From: a virus | Length of the DNA stretch: 64,000 nucleotides | Virus record (IMG/VR): IMGVR_UViG_3300027970_000001 | Location: 32,001-96,000 of that record | Reading direction: 5' to 3' (one strand) | Program-made: the position numbers and the translations under genes | Notes under the pieces: model-generated | The model's database searches: none | What the model saw: the letters and a program-made list of their open reading frames with translations, nothing else | What the model was told of the DNA's origin: nothing | In this document: positions 28,234-38,024 of the stretch, piece after piece | Numbering within the stretch: position 1 is the first letter of the stretch | Layout: every line of letters begins with the position of its first letter

Positions 28234-28923
28234 ATGGCAACGACGCCTCGTCTTGTGATGCCGACGATCGATAGGACGCCGAAGCACAACTACATCCACC
28301 ACACCATCGAGAGCCTGTACGAGAAGGACCCTACGGCTCCGCCAATCACGCTCTTTGTCGGATGCCGCTCTTCGGACTACCTCGGACCACTGCTTACGCA
28401 CCCGAAGGTGAGTGTTGTCGGCGTCACGTCGGAAGACGCCGACATGCTGGAGGCGCTTCCAGGCGGGTACGATAGGTACATCTGGAATGCGTTCCGATGC
28501 GTTTCTGGACCAGAGTCAGAGGGCGCAGACGGAGTGGTGTTTTTGGAGGACGACTTGACGTTCTCCAAGGACTGGTTTCAGAGGCTGGTCGCTGTCCGCG
28601 ATGAGGTTGTCCGAATCCATGGCCCGATGAACCTGGTTACAGGCATCCGTTTGTACGAGAAGCTGGCGGGGCCCGTCCGCCCTCCTGGATACGGAAGCCT
28701 GCCTGGTTTTTGGGGCTCGCAGTGCGCTTACATGGTAACAGCCGAGGCGCGAAACCGGGTGGCAGAGCGAGGTCCGGGACTGAAGATCGGTTTCGACGTG
28801 TCGCTTGGCAAAGTCGGGCTTGGCCTCTGGACCACCGTCAAGTCGCTGGTGAGACACGACGGCGTGCAGAGCGGATGGACGGACAAGCCTCAAACTTTTA
28901 CGGGGATGAACTTCGAGCCGTAG
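28234..28923 (+). CDS. Glycosyltransferase (GT-A-like)
   Basis: VVFLEDD (DxD-like) motif; position within the glyco-island. Confidence 0.55.
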   Translation: MATTPRLVMPTIDRTPKHNYIHHTIESLYEKDPTAPPITLFVGCRSSDYLGPLLTHPKVSVVGVTSEDADMLEALPGGYDRYIWNAFRCVSGPESEGADGVVFLEDDLTFSKDWFQRLVAVRDEVVRIHGPMNLVTGIRLYEKLAGPVRPPGYGSLPGFWGSQCAYMVTAEARNRVAERGPGLKIGFDVSLGKVGLGLWTTVKSLVRHDGVQSGWTDKPQTFTGMNFEP

Positions 28924-28930
28924 GTGCGCC

Positions 28931-29536
28931 GTGATCTGCTGCGACCACATGGTCTTTGTCCACGTCATGAAGACCGGGGGCAAGTGGGTTAGAGACGCTC
29001 TGTCGGGAGGCATTCCGGCCGAGTGGAACGTCTACGACTCGCTTCGCCCCACCCCGACCGACCAGGCTGCTGGACTGCACACCGGGATCCTTGACGCTCC
29101 GAGCGAATACCGCGGGGCTCCGGTCCTTGCGTATGTCAGGAACCCGTGGGACTGGTACGTGAGCTACTTTTCATTCTTCAGGAACAAGTTCGACGCCGGG
29201 GAAGACGTGGGTGTGTTTCGGAGGTCTCTCGCATCGATCCTTGAGCAGAACGCCTGCACCATGCACTCCGTCGGGATGGTGTTGGGAGAAGACGGGGTGG
29301 TGTGCTGCCGAATGAGACGCGTTGAAGACGGCGTCGGCGCACAGCTCCTCAGGTTTATGGACGACAACTGTCCATACGTCCCAGAGGCCGTTCGCGTCGC
29401 CGCGAACAGCATGGAGCGCAAGAACGTCTCAAGGCGCGGAGATTACAGGTCGTACTACACCGACGAGATGGCCGCGTCCGTCGCAATCAGGGACGCGTGG
29501 CTGATCTCCGAGTACGACTACGAGTTCGGGGGCTGA
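28931..29536 (+). CDS. Sulfotransferase family protein
   Basis: FVHVMKTGG (5'-PSB-like) and VRNPWDWYVSYF (3'-PB-like) motifs. Confidence 0.8.
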   Translation: MICCDHMVFVHVMKTGGKWVRDALSGGIPAEWNVYDSLRPTPTDQAAGLHTGILDAPSEYRGAPVLAYVRNPWDWYVSYFSFFRNKFDAGEDVGVFRRSLASILEQNACTMHSVGMVLGEDGVVCCRMRRVEDGVGAQLLRFMDDNCPYVPEAVRVAANSMERKNVSRRGDYRSYYTDEMAASVAIRDAWLISEYDYEFGG

Positions 29537-30310
29537 CTACCGGCGGTACGGGGCGGTCCACAGCATGTGGGACAGGTACCCGCTGATCACGCCACCGATG
29601 ATGCCAATCACCGGCTGCCTGGAGGCGCCGCCGATCAGGCCGCCAACGGCCGCTCCGACGACCGACGCCTGGAGGCCCGACCGGAGCGCCAGGTTGACGT
29701 TCTCGGACAGCATCTGCCCCGCCTGGGTCTCGGAGCACGCGAACTCGGTGAGAGCGCCTCCCATGCCGCGCAGGCTGTAGTTGAAGCGGACGTCAAGCTC
29801 TCCGCTGGGCTTCTGGCTAAGCGTGAAGACCTCGGTGCCGGGCACGAACACGGGGCCAGACGACGGCAGGAAGGCGCGGCAGACGGCGCCGTAGGGCAGC
29901 CGCTGGATCCTACGCTTCGCGGTGCGCATCGCCTCGCGCATGCCCGTGACGACCACGCCTCCGCCGGTCGGGTTCTGCCGCCAGTCGCTGCACGCGATGA
30001 TGTAGTTCTGGTCTTCTAGTCGGCGAACCGACTGCCCGATCGTGAGACCTTCGCTCATGCTGTTGCTCCGGCCACGAGCATGCCCTGAGGAGCTTGCAGC
30101 GTCCAGCCCCATGATTCCTCGGTATGGGTCGCGCGCGTAGCGCATGATGGCGGGCGCTCCTGTCTCGTAGCTGCCGTGCTCGATGTACGGAGCAATCGGC
30201 AGCCCGCGCTCAACGAGCGGCTGGAGGCTAGGAAGCCCCTCTCGGCCAGCCGGCAGCGACGAGAACGACACTTGCCCCGGAATCCATTTCGCCTGACCAA
30301 GCCCCCGCAT
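29537..30310 (-). CDS. Membrane protein with MRGLG/LRGMG motifs
   Basis: Starts MRGLGQ; internal LRGMGG; C-terminal Gly-zipper helices; ends APYRR. Confidence 0.6.
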   Translation of the reverse strand: MRGLGQAKWIPGQVSFSSLPAGREGLPSLQPLVERGLPIAPYIEHGSYETGAPAIMRYARDPYRGIMGLDAASSSGHARGRSNSMSEGLTIGQSVRRLEDQNYIIACSDWRQNPTGGGVVVTGMREAMRTAKRRIQRLPYGAVCRAFLPSSGPVFVPGTEVFTLSQKPSGELDVRFNYSLRGMGGALTEFACSETQAGQMLSENVNLALRSGLQASVVGAAVGGLIGGASRQPVIGIIGGVISGYLSHMLWTAPYRR

Positions 30311-30377
30311 CCGACACCTTCCTGTCAGTCGCAGCGTACCGCGTCAGCACGATTGCCGCTACCATGCTGCCACCTAC

Positions 30378-31124
30378 ATGAGCAAGGCTGAAGACACCGA
30401 ACTCGACGAGCTGATCCGAGCGCCACGCGTCCCCGTGGGCGTTGCGATTTTGAACAACTCGGCCGCTTTGCGGGAGCTTGGGATTCACAGCCCAAAGGCC
30501 CAAAGGTTGGGCAGCGGGAACTTCGGCCAAGCCTTCCAGGTCAAATTCGCCGGCAGGCAGAGCGTGGTCAAGCTGACTGTGGACCCGTACGAGGTCATCA
30601 CGTCGTCGCTGCTCATCGGCAAAGACACCAAGCACACGGTTCACATCTACGGCGTGTGGGAGATGCAGGACACCCGCGGCACCGACTCGTGGATGCCTTG
30701 GTACGTCGTGCATCGAGACATCCTCAACCCGCTCTCGGAAAAGGAAGCCATCCTCGTCGATGCGCTCTGGGAGCTGTACATCGACGAGCAGTACGACCTT
30801 CAGTTTCCGACACCCAAGTCACACGTGATGCGGAGCCGGTGGCGCAACCTCGTGCGAGACACGATGCCGGCGTTCACGCCCACGATGATTGAGCAGGCCC
30901 TCAGGCTGCTTGACTCAATCGCAGCAGGCGCTCGTGAGCTGTCCGCCGTCGGCATCGACTGGTCCGACATGCACAGCGACAACATCATGAGGGACGCCAA
31001 GGGGCTCATCCGAATCTCCGACATCGGGTACAACGCCCCGCGCGAAGACTTCAAGATCGCCCCTCCCATGCTGACCGTGGAAGCGGCCAGGGCGTACACG
31101 TCCGGCCTGATGATGGCTAGATGA
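30378..31124 (+). CDS. Protein kinase-like enzyme
   Basis: LGSGNFG, VVKLT, SDMHSDN, ISDIG. Confidence 0.8.
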   Translation: MSKAEDTELDELIRAPRVPVGVAILNNSAALRELGIHSPKAQRLGSGNFGQAFQVKFAGRQSVVKLTVDPYEVITSSLLIGKDTKHTVHIYGVWEMQDTRGTDSWMPWYVVHRDILNPLSEKEAILVDALWELYIDEQYDLQFPTPKSHVMRSRWRNLVRDTMPAFTPTMIEQALRLLDSIAAGARELSAVGIDWSDMHSDNIMRDAKGLIRISDIGYNAPREDFKIAPPMLTVEAARAYTSGLMMAR

Positions 31125-33120
31125 GCAGGCCCTGGGAGCCGTCGCGGCGCTGAACGCCAAGCTCGTACCGCTCCATGGGCTTCAGGCCGCACTCGGTGAC
31201 GAAGTCGCTCGGATTGCTGGAACCGTAGAGGTCTTCAATGGCCCGGCTGATCCAAAGCTCATCCCTTGCCCGGGTGACGGCGACGTAGAACAGCCGTCGC
31301 TCTTCCGTCTTCTCTGCGTTCGCATGAGGGAAGAGCCCGTTGGCGACGCCGGGAAGAAATACGATGGGCCACTCTCGGCCCTTGGCCGCATGGATCGTAC
31401 TCACGGTCACCACGTTGGTCTGGCGCTTGGACTTCTCTCGGTTCTGCTTGACCTTCTCGATCACGGCGATGGCTTCAGCGTGATCTCGGTACTCGGAGAG
31501 GAAGTCCATCAGCCTGCGCCAGTTCATGACCGGCGAGGCGTCGGACTCCGCGCCCTTCTTCTCAAACAGCTTTGAGAGAGGACCGCCGCCTCCTCCGATG
31601 CTGCTCATGAGCTGGGCTGGCGTCTTGTGTGCGTCGAGGGTCAGCCGCTTGATGGCGTTGTACCAGCGGCCCCCGGCGCCATGCACCTTGGTCTTGTCGT
31701 GGTTCCTGGCAACGACGTCGAGCCACCCCTCTCCAGGGCGCTTGTCCGCCAAGATCAGATCGACGAACTGCTGCCCGATCTTACCGCTCGCCGGGTTCAG
31801 GAGAGCCGTCGAGATGTCGCCTGCGCTCCCTCCTCCGAGGACCACCCGGTACCACGCCAGAGCCGCCGACACCTCGAACGCGTCGAAGTAGATTGGCTTG
31901 GGGCTCTTGATGGGGATGTTGTGGATGGAGAGGGCGACGTCGACATGCGCCGCCTGGTCGGCCGTCCTGACCAGGATGGCCATGTCGCTGAAGTGAAGGA
32001 CGCCGCCCTCGACGTGCTTGATGATGTTCTTGGCGATGGCGTTGGCCTGGTCGGAGAACGTGCCGAACTCGTGGTAGCCCACGTACCCAGGCTCGCCTCT
32101 GCACGCCGAAAGACGAGTCTGTCGCTCGTGGCCCTCCTGGCAACGCTCCAGAACCCGGTTGGCTACGTCCAAGATGTTCTTGCCGGAGCGGTAGTTCTGC
32201 TCCAGTGGGATGACCTTGGCGTTGTCCCAGCGCTTCTTGAAGTTGAGCAGCCGGTCAGGTGACGCGCCTCGGAAACCAAAGATGGTCTGGTATGGGTCTC
32301 CGACCGCCATGTAGTTCCGGTGCGTCTCGCACAGGTACTCTGCCAGGACGTTCTGCGACTCACAGACGTCCTGAGCCTCGTCCTGCATGACGAAGTCCCA
32401 TACGCCCTTCCAGCGCCCCCTGATGGTCGAATCGGAGAGGAGCCAGCAGACGTCGTAGAGCAGCTCGTCGAAGTTGACCCACTTGACCATCTTGGGCGGC
32501 TGCCCCGGAAGCGCCAGCTCCATGCCCGACTTGCGGTACTTCTCGTACAGCTTGTAGGCGTCCAGTAGGGCGCCCGTGCTGTTGCCCGAGCCAACCACCG
32601 AGGCGGCCATTTCGGCCAGTTTGTCGTCTTTCTTGCCCAGGGCTGCGAGCAGCGGGTGAGTTCCGATGAAGTCGTTCTTGACGGCCGAAGAGAACGACTT
32701 GAAGGTGTCCCAGTCGACGTTGCCGTCGATCTGTCGTGCCACACCGAAGAATGCCTGCCTGGTGAACGCGCCCGAGCTGTCGAGCAGGACGTCGGGGTCG
32801 CCGGAGCTTCTGTGGATTTCAAGGGCGAGGCTGTGGAACGTCCTGAACAGTCTGTCCGTGTCCACGTGGGGCAGCCGCTCGTTGAGCCGCTTGCCGACCT
32901 CCTTGGCCGCCGCTTGAGAGAAGGACAGCACCAGGATGCGTTCTGGCCGGATGCCGTGCTTGTTGACCAGCGTGGCGACCCGCTCGACCAGCGCGCTCGT
33001 CTTGCCCGTGCCTGCCAGGGCAGAGACAAATAGGGGCCCGTAGGCGTGGTCGGCGACTAGCTTCTGCTCCGTGTTCAACGACGGGGCCGCTGGCTTCTTC
33101 TTGTTGCTCTTCGCTGTCAT
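31117..33120 (-). CDS. UvrD/PcrA-like superfamily 1 helicase
   Basis: ALAGTGKT, QDEAQD, VGDPYQTIFGFRGA, NYRS, STIHAAKGREW, EERRLFYVAVTRA. Confidence 0.95.
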   Translation of the reverse strand: MTAKSNKKKPAAPSLNTEQKLVADHAYGPLFVSALAGTGKTSALVERVATLVNKHGIRPERILVLSFSQAAAKEVGKRLNERLPHVDTDRLFRTFHSLALEIHRSSGDPDVLLDSSGAFTRQAFFGVARQIDGNVDWDTFKSFSSAVKNDFIGTHPLLAALGKKDDKLAEMAASVVGSGNSTGALLDAYKLYEKYRKSGMELALPGQPPKMVKWVNFDELLYDVCWLLSDSTIRGRWKGVWDFVMQDEAQDVCESQNVLAEYLCETHRNYMAVGDPYQTIFGFRGASPDRLLNFKKRWDNAKVIPLEQNYRSGKNILDVANRVLERCQEGHERQTRLSACRGEPGYVGYHEFGTFSDQANAIAKNIIKHVEGGVLHFSDMAILVRTADQAAHVDVALSIHNIPIKSPKPIYFDAFEVSAALAWYRVVLGGGSAGDISTALLNPASGKIGQQFVDLILADKRPGEGWLDVVARNHDKTKVHGAGGRWYNAIKRLTLDAHKTPAQLMSSIGGGGGPLSKLFEKKGAESDASPVMNWRRLMDFLSEYRDHAEAIAVIEKVKQNREKSKRQTNVVTVSTIHAAKGREWPIVFLPGVANGLFPHANAEKTEERRLFYVAVTRARDELWISRAIEDLYGSSNPSDFVTECGLKPMERYELGVQRRDGSQGLLI

Positions 33121-33202
33121 TCACCGGGTCTCGACGATGCCATGTTGTAGGAAAGCCCCGGATTGCCTGCCGGGGCACAGGTCGCCTTTCGGCGGGTCTA
33201 CA

Positions 33203-34093
33203 TCACTGGATGGCACCGAGGTCGCGCAAGATCTTGGCGAGTCCTGCGACCCGCTTGTAGGAGGTCCTCTCCCCCAAGATCCAACGGACCACAGCCTGCG
33301 ACTCGGGCGGAAGCTCCGTGAACCGGTCGTGGTCCGCCAGCTTCTTGAGCATGTTGCGCCCGATGGGCGCTCCACGCGCTTCCCCGTTGCTCTTGCCGCT
33401 CGTTCGCTCGGACCGCTGGCGCCGAGCCTCGCTCGTGGAGATGGTGACGCCAAGCTCACGGGCCTGGGCCAGGCGAGCGTCCTGGTCTTCGTGTGACAGG
33501 TCGGAGAAGGCGATGGCCGCGCTGGGCGTCAACACCCCATCCTTGACGGCCTTCTGCATGTCAGCCGAAAGCTCGGTGAGCTTCAGCCACTGCCTGACGG
33601 CCTCTGTCGTAACCCCGAACGCAACCGCGACCTCACGCTCGGTGTGGCCACGCGACACCATCCGCTTGGCCTTCTCGGAGCGCGTGAGCGCGTCGTCCTG
33701 CGTGCGGACGTTGTTCTCTGCTTCAATGACGCCGACCAGCATCTTCGGATCCATCTTGACGATGCTGTAGGGCACCTTGATGCGCGGCTGGTCGCTTCCA
33801 GATTCGTCCAGCAGCTTGTTGGCAGCCCGCGCCCACTTCACGCGCTGGCGACCGTACACGACCTCGGTGCGGCTCCCCTTGCCGACGGTGAACAGCCTCA
33901 CTCCGACGTCTTCGAGGATTCCATACGCAAGGACGTTCTGGACCGCCTCGTCTGAAACCTCCATCCGAGCCCGCTCATCGTAGAGAGGGTGATCGGGGCC
34001 CTCGTCGCCATCCAGGCCGACGATGTACAGGTTGGACGGATCCGCGTACGTGCGACCGCCCTTCGACTTCGCGCGCTCGGTGGATTCAGGCAT
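33203..34093 (-). CDS. ParB/Srx-like nuclease-fold protein with HTH
   Basis: VVYGRQRVKWA, EAENNVR, HTH REVAVAFGVTTEAVRQW. Confidence 0.7.
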   Translation of the reverse strand: MPESTERAKSKGGRTYADPSNLYIVGLDGDEGPDHPLYDERARMEVSDEAVQNVLAYGILEDVGVRLFTVGKGSRTEVVYGRQRVKWARAANKLLDESGSDQPRIKVPYSIVKMDPKMLVGVIEAENNVRTQDDALTRSEKAKRMVSRGHTEREVAVAFGVTTEAVRQWLKLTELSADMQKAVKDGVLTPSAAIAFSDLSHEDQDARLAQARELGVTISTSEARRQRSERTSGKSNGEARGAPIGRNMLKKLADHDRFTELPPESQAVVRWILGERTSYKRVAGLAKILRDLGAIQ

Positions 34094-34103
34094 CTTCTCC
34101 CCT

Positions 34104-34400
34104 TCAGAACTTGATCGTGACCTGCGCCGACAGCTTCAAAGGAAGCGGCTCGGCGCGAAGAACGATGACGTCCCCGCTTCCGCTGGCGTCAATGCCCGCC
34201 TTCGAGAGCACAGTGCCCACTTCCTTCTTCGAGTAGCACTTGTGAATCGAGTACGAAGACGCCCGCTTGAACTCGGGACCGTCGACAACCTTCACCGTCT
34301 CGTAGCTTGCCGGGATGGCAACCCAGATCGGCTTGCGCTTCTGAGAGCGCTTCTTCTTGGCGGCAGACTCGGTTGCCGCGACCACTTCGTTCTGATCCAT
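34104..34400 (-). CDS. Hypothetical protein
   Basis: AAGGA SD; co-directional run. Confidence 0.55.
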   Translation of the reverse strand: MDQNEVVAATESAAKKKRSQKRKPIWVAIPASYETVKVVDGPEFKRASSYSIHKCYSKKEVGTVLSKAGIDASGSGDVIVLRAEPLPLKLSAQVTIKF

Positions 34401-34509
34401 CGCTTCGTCCTTGGCTATTTGCGGAGGTTTATCCGCGTGCCGAGCAACGTAGCGTCGAGATCAGGAATGGCAAGTCTTACTGACCAAACTCCAGAAACTT
34501 CGCCATCTT

Positions 34510-34707
34510 TTATACAAAGACGCCGTTCTTTCTTAGGAGCGATTTTAGGTTTTTCAGGCCCCTCCAATCGCTGGGACTGCTGGGCGCAACGATGAGCGGA
34601 ACTCTCTTGTCTGGCGATCTTAGCTGCCAGTGCCCGCCGTTGGTCTTGGTGACAGACCAGCCGGCCTTCTTTGCTGCGTCGAGGATCGCCTGGATGTCTC
34701 TGTTCAT
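34510..34707 (-). CDS. HicA-family (dsRBD-fold) toxin-like protein
   Basis: GWSV..TNGGHWQL..P..PSSPSD.RG.KNL pattern. Confidence 0.7.
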   Translation of the reverse strand: MNRDIQAILDAAKKAGWSVTKTNGGHWQLRSPDKRVPLIVAPSSPSDWRGLKNLKSLLRKNGVFV

Positions 34708-35258
34708 TCGGCTCCGATCCGACCCATGACCTCGGCAAGACGCTCGGCTGGCGTCCCCGGCATCAGCGGATACACGGGGACGTGCCCTGCCAGGCGGCAG
34801 CAGGCTTCGATCAGTCGGTCTTCGTACCTCTTGTGGTAATCACCGTCGGACACCCTGTCAGGGTCCCCGGCCGTGTCATGGAAGGACCCGATCGGGCAGA
34901 AGAACACGTGCGTGTAGATCTTACAGGCTTCGACCACCTCTTCGATGTACGCGTCGCTGGAGATCTCGGGGCAATGCAGCATCGAGTAGACGAGGTTGTC
35001 GAAGTGGGTGCGGTCCGTGACGAACGAGGCCCTGTCCATCTCCCACTCGCGCTTTTTGGAGAGCAGGAGCTTCTGGAACACCGGCCTCATGCCGGCAGAG
35101 TCAACGTCGTACGGCGAGCTGAAACCCAGGAGCTTGCAGACGGTGCGCGACCCGACGTCGCAGAAGTCGACCCCCAGCGCCTGGGCCAAAGGGACTGCCA
35201 CGGTGCTCTTGCCCGTGCCGGATGCGCCACAGAACGCCACGCGCACTTCCGACGCCAT
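34704..35258 (-). CDS. P-loop nucleotide kinase (AAA_28/NMP-kinase-like)
   Basis: VAFCGASGTGKST and VTDRT..D. Confidence 0.75.
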   Translation of the reverse strand: MASEVRVAFCGASGTGKSTVAVPLAQALGVDFCDVGSRTVCKLLGFSSPYDVDSAGMRPVFQKLLLSKKREWEMDRASFVTDRTHFDNLVYSMLHCPEISSDAYIEEVVEACKIYTHVFFCPIGSFHDTAGDPDRVSDGDYHKRYEDRLIEACCRLAGHVPVYPLMPGTPAERLAEVMGRIGAE

Positions 35259-35545
35259 TACCCCTCCTCGGGGCGGCACAGCCAGACCGGCGTGTGCTCA
35301 CCCATCCACGCGCCCACCACATTGAACTCCATCCACTCGATGGCCTCTTCGTAGTCCATGCCCTGATCCATGAAGATCTTGACGCACTTCTCGTAGTCGT
35401 ACACGGCCAGCGTCGGCTGTCCACATCTCTTTGCGATACCGACAAGCGCCGCATCAAGCCCATCAGCGAAGAGAGCCTCCTCGTTCTCGTCGGCCAGCAT
35501 GTCGACCACAGGCCCCTTGTGGCGGGGCTCGTCCTGGGCGCTCAC
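35258..35545 (-). CDS. Conserved phage hypothetical protein
   Basis: ADGLDAALVG..AVYDY..EEAIEWMEFNVVGAWMGEHTP pattern common in phages. Confidence 0.6.
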   Translation of the reverse strand: MSAQDEPRHKGPVVDMLADENEEALFADGLDAALVGIAKRCGQPTLAVYDYEKCVKIFMDQGMDYEEAIEWMEFNVVGAWMGEHTPVWLCRPEEG

Positions 35546-35823
35546 AGTCCCGCCCTCCGCAGCCCGTCGTCGATTGCCATGAGGCACGTCGCTTTGAGGC
35601 TCGGCAGCTTCCTGCGGATCTGCAAGGCCCTGAGGCGCTTGTACAGCGCCGCCGTAAGCTCGATGCCCACCGTCTTGGTCTTACCCTCCTCGGGCGGCTC
35701 GTTCTTCTGAGAACTCTTGCGAGCCTCCGCCGCCTTCTTCTTCTTGGCCGCGAGGGCGGCGGCAGCGTCATCGATGGACTTCTTGAAAGCTTCCTGGCTT
35801 CGGATCACCTGACTCAGCATCAT
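35542..35823 (-). CDS. Small basic protein, possible ribbon-helix-helix C-terminus
   Basis: KTVGIELTAALYKRLR...AIDDGL. Confidence 0.5.
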   Translation of the reverse strand: MMLSQVIRSQEAFKKSIDDAAAALAAKKKKAAEARKSSQKNEPPEEGKTKTVGIELTAALYKRLRALQIRRKLPSLKATCLMAIDDGLRRAGL

Positions 35824-35933
35824 ATCAGCCCCCTGGCTTAGAGAAAAAAGAGGAACGAGACGTCACCATTAGCCATCGAAGACGGCTTGGCTAGTCCCAG
35901 CATTCGCACAAAATGTAACTACTACGGAGTTGT

Positions 35934-36350
35934 TTACTGCTTGTAAACAGCGTCTCGCACCCACAGCCCTGTGGCCGAGGTCACGACGACGGCGGCGGAT
36001 TCAATCTGACGCCACGGTTCCGAGCGAGAGACGAACCCCGCGTCTGACATGTGATCGTAGGTGACGGCGATCTCGCTGCCGGTGGTCCACCCGAGCACGT
36101 CGAGAGGGTCTTCGGAGTGCATGGCCAGCTCTCCCTCTGCGAAAGCATGGACGTTCTTGACCATCTCCCTCTTGGCGCGGGCCGCGCCCGAAGGCTGCAC
36201 GACAAACTTGACGTCCAAGATGACCGCGGCCGGAGAAACCGCCATCACCTTGCCGTAGGTCATGGGGCTGCTCCGGTCGAAGGCCATGATCGACCACATC
36301 CGATGCCCTCTGAACCCAGGGGAGAGGTTTCGGTAGAGGCGGACTCGCAC
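35934..36350 (-). CDS. Conserved phage hypothetical protein
   Basis: VRLYRNL..WSI..KFVVQPSG..REMVKNVHAFAEG pattern. Confidence 0.6.
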   Translation of the reverse strand: MRVRLYRNLSPGFRGHRMWSIMAFDRSSPMTYGKVMAVSPAAVILDVKFVVQPSGAARAKREMVKNVHAFAEGELAMHSEDPLDVLGWTTGSEIAVTYDHMSDAGFVSRSEPWRQIESAAVVVTSATGLWVRDAVYKQ

Positions 36351-36353
36351 CAG

Positions 36354-36590
36354 TCACTCCACGCTGTTGGTGATGTCCTGGTACCGGCCGTCCCTCGTGT
36401 CGTAGAGGCGGCGCCGGCCGCACACGTTGATCCAGTAGGTCCAGTCGCCGCCTTCGGCCTCGAACCGAACCTGTTCCCGAGGGCACCGGTGCTGCGTGGC
36501 GGCGACGCTCATCGTCCGGTCGATGGCGAGGTCTGTCAGCAAGCAGCTTCCGGCAAACGCGAAGGCGACCGGCACAAGCCTGAACTTCAT
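36354..36590 (-). CDS. Small lipoprotein-like protein
   Basis: MKFRLVPVAFAFAGSC lipobox-like signal. Confidence 0.5.
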   Translation of the reverse strand: MKFRLVPVAFAFAGSCLLTDLAIDRTMSVAATQHRCPREQVRFEAEGGDWTYWINVCGRRRLYDTRDGRYQDITNSVE

Positions 36591-36630
36591 ACCCACCCCT
36601 TTTGACAAGCTGCTTGACCGCAGCAAGGCT

Positions 36631-37050
36631 TCAGATGTCGGCGCCCATGCGGGACCGCGCCGCGCTGCACGTTTCCTCCGCGTTCAGGCTCAGCGCATCG
36701 TCGATGCACTGCCCCGCCCGCGTGCTGCTTCCGAGCTTACCAGCGACAGCCTCAAGAGCCCACCGTGCGCCACGCACTTCGGCCTCCGTTCGGCCGGCGG
36801 CGGAGGCAGCGAGCAGCTCGCTCATTTCCTTGAGCTTCTCGGAGAGCGTCCAGTTGTCCTCGATCGTGCCTTCGTTGAAGGCTTCGACGGCCCTGTCGAC
36901 GATCGATCGAGACTGGGCGTAGCTCTTCCATCGCTTCGCCCATGACCTGGCCGACTCCAGCGACGAGAGGAGCAGCTTCACGTCGGACTGGGTGACGGGC
37001 ACGTGGTTCTCGATTGCCAACCGGATTTCATTCTCGTCATCGCCCGTCAT
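36631..37050 (-). CDS. Hypothetical protein
   Basis: Overlapping small-gene run. Confidence 0.5.
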   Translation of the reverse strand: MTGDDENEIRLAIENHVPVTQSDVKLLLSSLESARSWAKRWKSYAQSRSIVDRAVEAFNEGTIEDNWTLSEKLKEMSELLAASAAGRTEAEVRGARWALEAVAGKLGSSTRAGQCIDDALSLNAEETCSAARSRMGADI

Positions 37051-37231
37051 CGACGTTCCTCCCAGGCTCCCTGGTGCATGACTGACAGATCCCGCTCCCG
37101 CTGATATGGAGCCAGACCTCTTCGCTGCGACCTCCGCAGCGATCACACACTACCCCGTCCGCGCGGCTTGGTGACTTGGACTGACGTCTTTTGTCCCGCT
37201 CCAGGCGAACGTGGTCGATGTAGCCGTTCAA
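37037..37231 (-). CDS. Small Zn-ribbon protein
   Basis: TTGA overlap start; CDRC...CQSC. Confidence 0.45.
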   Translation of the reverse strand: MNGYIDHVRLERDKRRQSKSPSRADGVVCDRCGGRSEEVWLHISGSGICQSCTREPGRNVDDGR

Positions 37232-37779
37232 GCGTTGACCCTCCTGGCGATGGCGCAGACGGCGCAGTCGCACCCGGCAAGAGGCGATTGGCTAGACGGG
37301 GCCTTGGAAGCCTCGCATTCCGCCAGGCGGGCCCTGGCTTGATCACCATCAGCCTTCGCCGCCATCACGATGGACCTCACCAAAAACGGCGTCGCAGCAG
37401 GCTTTGAAGAGTCGAACGCGTCGCAGATGTCCTGCCCAGCCTTGCGCCAGTCAGACAGCTTGCGCTCGGACTCACGCATCCACTTGAGGTTGACACCCTT
37501 CCTGTCGCTGCGGCCCGTTCCCCAGCACAGGTCGCAAACGCCAGCCGTCATCGTCATCCCGCCGGCCCCTCCGCTGGAGCCAGATGAAGACGCGTAGGCG
37601 CTGGAGCCAGACCCCCTACACCTCTTGCACGAGATCCCCTTCAAAAGCCTGGCGATAATCGCAAGGTGCTCGGCGGCTTCCAGGCCGGCGTCCCCCTGGC
37701 GCTCAAAACTCTCCTCGTCCAGCACCATTCGCTTGGCCTGCTCGCACGCGTCTTCCCACACCTTGTGCGGCGTGCTCAT
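37228..37779 (-). CDS. Hypothetical protein with DnaJ-like CxxCxGxG motifs
   Basis: CKRCRGSG and CDLCWGTG. Confidence 0.55.
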   Translation of the reverse strand: MSTPHKVWEDACEQAKRMVLDEESFERQGDAGLEAAEHLAIIARLLKGISCKRCRGSGSSAYASSSGSSGGAGGMTMTAGVCDLCWGTGRSDRKGVNLKWMRESERKLSDWRKAGQDICDAFDSSKPAATPFLVRSIVMAAKADGDQARARLAECEASKAPSSQSPLAGCDCAVCAIARRVNA

Positions 37780-38024
37780 TCGGACGCCCCATCGCCAAGC
37801 AGCTTTTGCACCTCGGCACGCAAAGCCTCCGCTTCCCACGCCGCCGCATCACGGTCGGCTCTGGCTTGGTGAAGCAGTCGCGTCGTCTCCCAAAGCACCT
37901 GGGAAGATTGGATCGCATGCGCGATGGCGTCCTCTCGGTCCCTGAGTAGCTTGAGCACGCGATCTTTGAGGCCATCTTCGGGATCGGCAGCCTCGTCAGC
38001 CACAAACTTGATGCCGTTCGTCAC
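37776..38024 (-). CDS. Small coiled-coil hypothetical protein
   Basis: Overlapping stop/start with neighbours. Confidence 0.5.
   Translation of the reverse strand: MTNGIKFVADEAADPEDGLKDRVLKLLRDREDAIAHAIQSSQVLWETTRLLHQARADRDAAAWEAEALRAEVQKLLGDGASE

Noticed and set aside
31117-33120. UvrD N-terminus AKSN-KKK, and SEN-KNQAPRRKKK at 49123, as tag instances
   Set aside because: These are borderline (UvrD lacks the hydrophobic P4; neither has an RTS/poly-Arg tag), so they were excluded from the count. They show that chance matches can occur.
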